Part shown: one piece after another, positions 62,040 through 64,000 of the stretch
Layout of the letters: each line of letters begins with the position of its first letter
How positions within the stretch are numbered: the first letter of the stretch is position 1
From: Verrucomicrobiota bacterium
GTDB taxonomy: Bacteria > Verrucomicrobiota > Verrucomicrobiia > Opitutales > Coraliomargaritaceae
DNA: 64,000 nt
Reading direction: 5' to 3'
Assembly (NCBI GenBank): GCA_030829145.1
Contig: JAURBE010000001.1
Coordinates: 6,246 to 70,245 of the forward strand
Made by a program: the position numbers and the translations under genes
The notes under the pieces: generated by a model
The model's input: the letters and a program-made list of their open reading frames with translations, nothing else
What the model was told of the DNA's origin: nothing
Database searches by the model: none

Positions 62040-62619
62040 GGCGACGGCATCCCCAGTGGAGATCATAGCCGCCAACACAAAAAAAATGTTCTTCGTCATT
62101 TCCCGGGGAGATGGTGCATAGAACCACTGATTTAGCCCCAAGACACAACCGAATCCCATTGTGAGCGTGCTTGCGGGTGAACCTACACCTTCCAGCAATC
62201 TCAGGTTCTGTTCTGTGCGGTGGATGAGCCTCCGTGCCTCCGCGTCTCCGTGCGAGAATGGCATCGTGCTGGTCTTTGTGCCTGGTCATTGAGCACAGTG
62301 TCAATAGGAGCAGGGTTTCACACGGAGACACGGAGTTTGGGTTCTGATGTCGTTGATGTTTTTGTGGTTACAACATCTATAAACTTCAATCCCGCTTCTT
62401 TGCTATACCTTACACGCTAATCGACGAAGAACCAAAAAAAAGCGCATCAAATAAGAACTTTCGCTGAGATCTTTTAACGACGCCACCCATTCAGGGTGGC
62501 GTTTTTTGTGTCGCTCGCTTAGTGCAAAAAACAGCAGCACCATAACCCCACTCACACAAATTCAGCTCATACGCCCTCTGATAGTTGACGACACTGCGTC
62601 TCTCCCCCATCAACACCAC

Positions 62620-63492
62620 ATGGCAGCACTTACAATTCAAACAATCGGCACGCGCACTTCAAAATGGGGCGAAGGCCCACTCTGGTGGAATGATCGACTC
62701 TTCTATGTCGACATTGAAAATCACACCCTCATTCGGCTAGACCCTGAAACTGGCACTGAGGAAACTTGGAATGTGGGCGAACGTATCGGTACCGTGGTCC
62801 CCTGCCAAAACGGCACTGTGCTTTATGCTGGCGATTCTGGTATCGTCGCATTCGACCTCAATACTGCTGCCAAACAAGGTCTCGCAGATCCTGAATCAGA
62901 CAAACGCGCCACCAACCGCTTCAATGATGGTAAATGTGATCCCGCTGGACGCTTCTGGGTAGGTTCCATCAGCCTTATTAAAAAAATCGGCACCGCCAAT
63001 CTCTACATGTTGGACCAAGACGGCACACTCCATCTCAAAGTCGACGAGGTCACCAACTCGAATGGCATCTGCTGGAATAGCGATGCCACACAGATGTATT
63101 ACATCGACACCATGACCAAACAGATCCGTCGCTATGATTACAACAATCACAGTGGCGTGATTAGCAACGCCTCCATCGCCATCGATACCGCCGAGCAAGG
63201 TTACGCCAGCTCACCGGACGGCATGACGATCGACGCCGACGACAACCTCTGGGTGGCCTTCTGCCACGGCGGCTGCGTGACTTGTTTTGATCCGATTACC
63301 GGCAAAGAACTTCGCAAAGTGGAACTGCCTTGCCTCGAAACCACCGCCTGTGCCTTCGGCGGCCCCAATCTCGATCGCTTGTTCGTCACCACTGGGATCC
63401 ACAGTAAGCTCGAAGAAACCGACGCCGGCAAAGTCTTCGTGATCGACGGCCTCGGTGTGCAAGGCGTGCCCGCGTTTGCTTATAAGGGCTAA
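62620..63492 (+). CDS. SMP-30/gluconolactonase family protein
   Basis: GEGPLW, RFNDGKCDPAGR, SNGICW, PDGMTID, CAFGG. Confidence 0.95.
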   Translation: MAALTIQTIGTRTSKWGEGPLWWNDRLFYVDIENHTLIRLDPETGTEETWNVGERIGTVVPCQNGTVLYAGDSGIVAFDLNTAAKQGLADPESDKRATNRFNDGKCDPAGRFWVGSISLIKKIGTANLYMLDQDGTLHLKVDEVTNSNGICWNSDATQMYYIDTMTKQIRRYDYNNHSGVISNASIAIDTAEQGYASSPDGMTIDADDNLWVAFCHGGCVTCFDPITGKELRKVELPCLETTACAFGGPNLDRLFVTTGIHSKLEETDAGKVFVIDGLGVQGVPAFAYKG

Positions 63493-63591
63493 GCTCAATC
63501 GCGGAATCAAGCCGCTCGCGACGACTCAATCATGGGCATGTGCCATTTCTTGAAGATACCGCGCATGCTAGCTGCAGAACTCGACATGCGC

Positions 63592-63661
63592 GGACCACGC
63601 GGAGGTGGTCCCTCCCGAATGTCCCAGCCCTAGTTGCGGAGGGACGAGCTCCGCCTCGTCC
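63592..63661. repeat. GGAG-type REP doublet (divergent)
   Basis: GGAGGGACCACCTCCGCGTGGTCC (-), identical to 13074-13097, and GGAGGGACGAGCTCCGCCTCGTCC (+). Confidence 0.85.
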
Positions 63662-64000
63662 GTTCATCGCACTGTCATGATGAGTGCTTACGGCAAACGA
63701 TGATCGGTGCGATACACACGCATCCCACCACCGTGCCACACGCACAACAACGAACATCGCCCACAAACCCAATACAGAATCAAAGCGCTGACACCACTCA
63801 TTCAAGCGGCGCACCGCGCAAACGACTGCTTTCCAGCATTGACACTCAGAGGTCTAACACCTGATTTCTTTCTCCTTAAATATTATGAAAGAAATGTCCC
63901 CACTCGAGGAACTCCGCCACTCTTGTTCGCACGTGCTCGCTACTGCTATTTTACGCCTCTACCCAGAGACGCAACTCGACATCGGCCCACCTACGGATAA

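Noticed and set aside
62040-62510. Possible riboswitch or ncRNA upstream of the lactonase
   Set aside because: No recognisable consensus; only repeat halves and a terminator-like hairpin at ~62480-62507.
63530-64000. Short ORFs at the window end
   Set aside because: They overlap REP copies, have no motifs and cannot be supported.

Overview
Bacterial DNA, most likely Verrucomicrobia (Opitutales, Lentimonas/Coraliomargarita-like). This is inferred from the PEP-CTERM proteins, sulfatases and gene content. The window has two parts. (1) About 1-22.6 kb is an accessory region next to the 3' end of tRNA-Pro(TGG). It holds a defence relic (GIY-YIG-like ORF, in-frame hsdM::hsdR deletion fusion) and a sulfated-glycan utilisation locus: two sulfatases, two SASA esterases, GH29, GH36, a PEP-CTERM protein and a HisKA_3/NarL two-component system. 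A DUF559 nuclease cassette, a DUF433/PIN toxin-antitoxin pair and several REP-like repeat families are interleaved. (2) About 22.9-64 kb is mostly housekeeping: TPR/ExbB, rsmE, Fur-sufCBDT, tgt, ribH-nusB-ftsY-aroB, degP, ptsI, ispE, pyrF, ispD, DinG, AddB-like, speA, gcvH, hemB, cysS. The most notable signals are: a six-copy ACTACCCT-N8-AGGG(TAGT) palindrome upstream of every catabolic unit; a DUF559 gene inside three nested layers of repeats; a GGAG-REP family with covarying stems, one doublet lying in-frame in a CDS; a tRNA-3'-end-derived inverted-repeat element; and an ispD with no canonical start codon. All calls are by-eye motif recognition; no searches were run.
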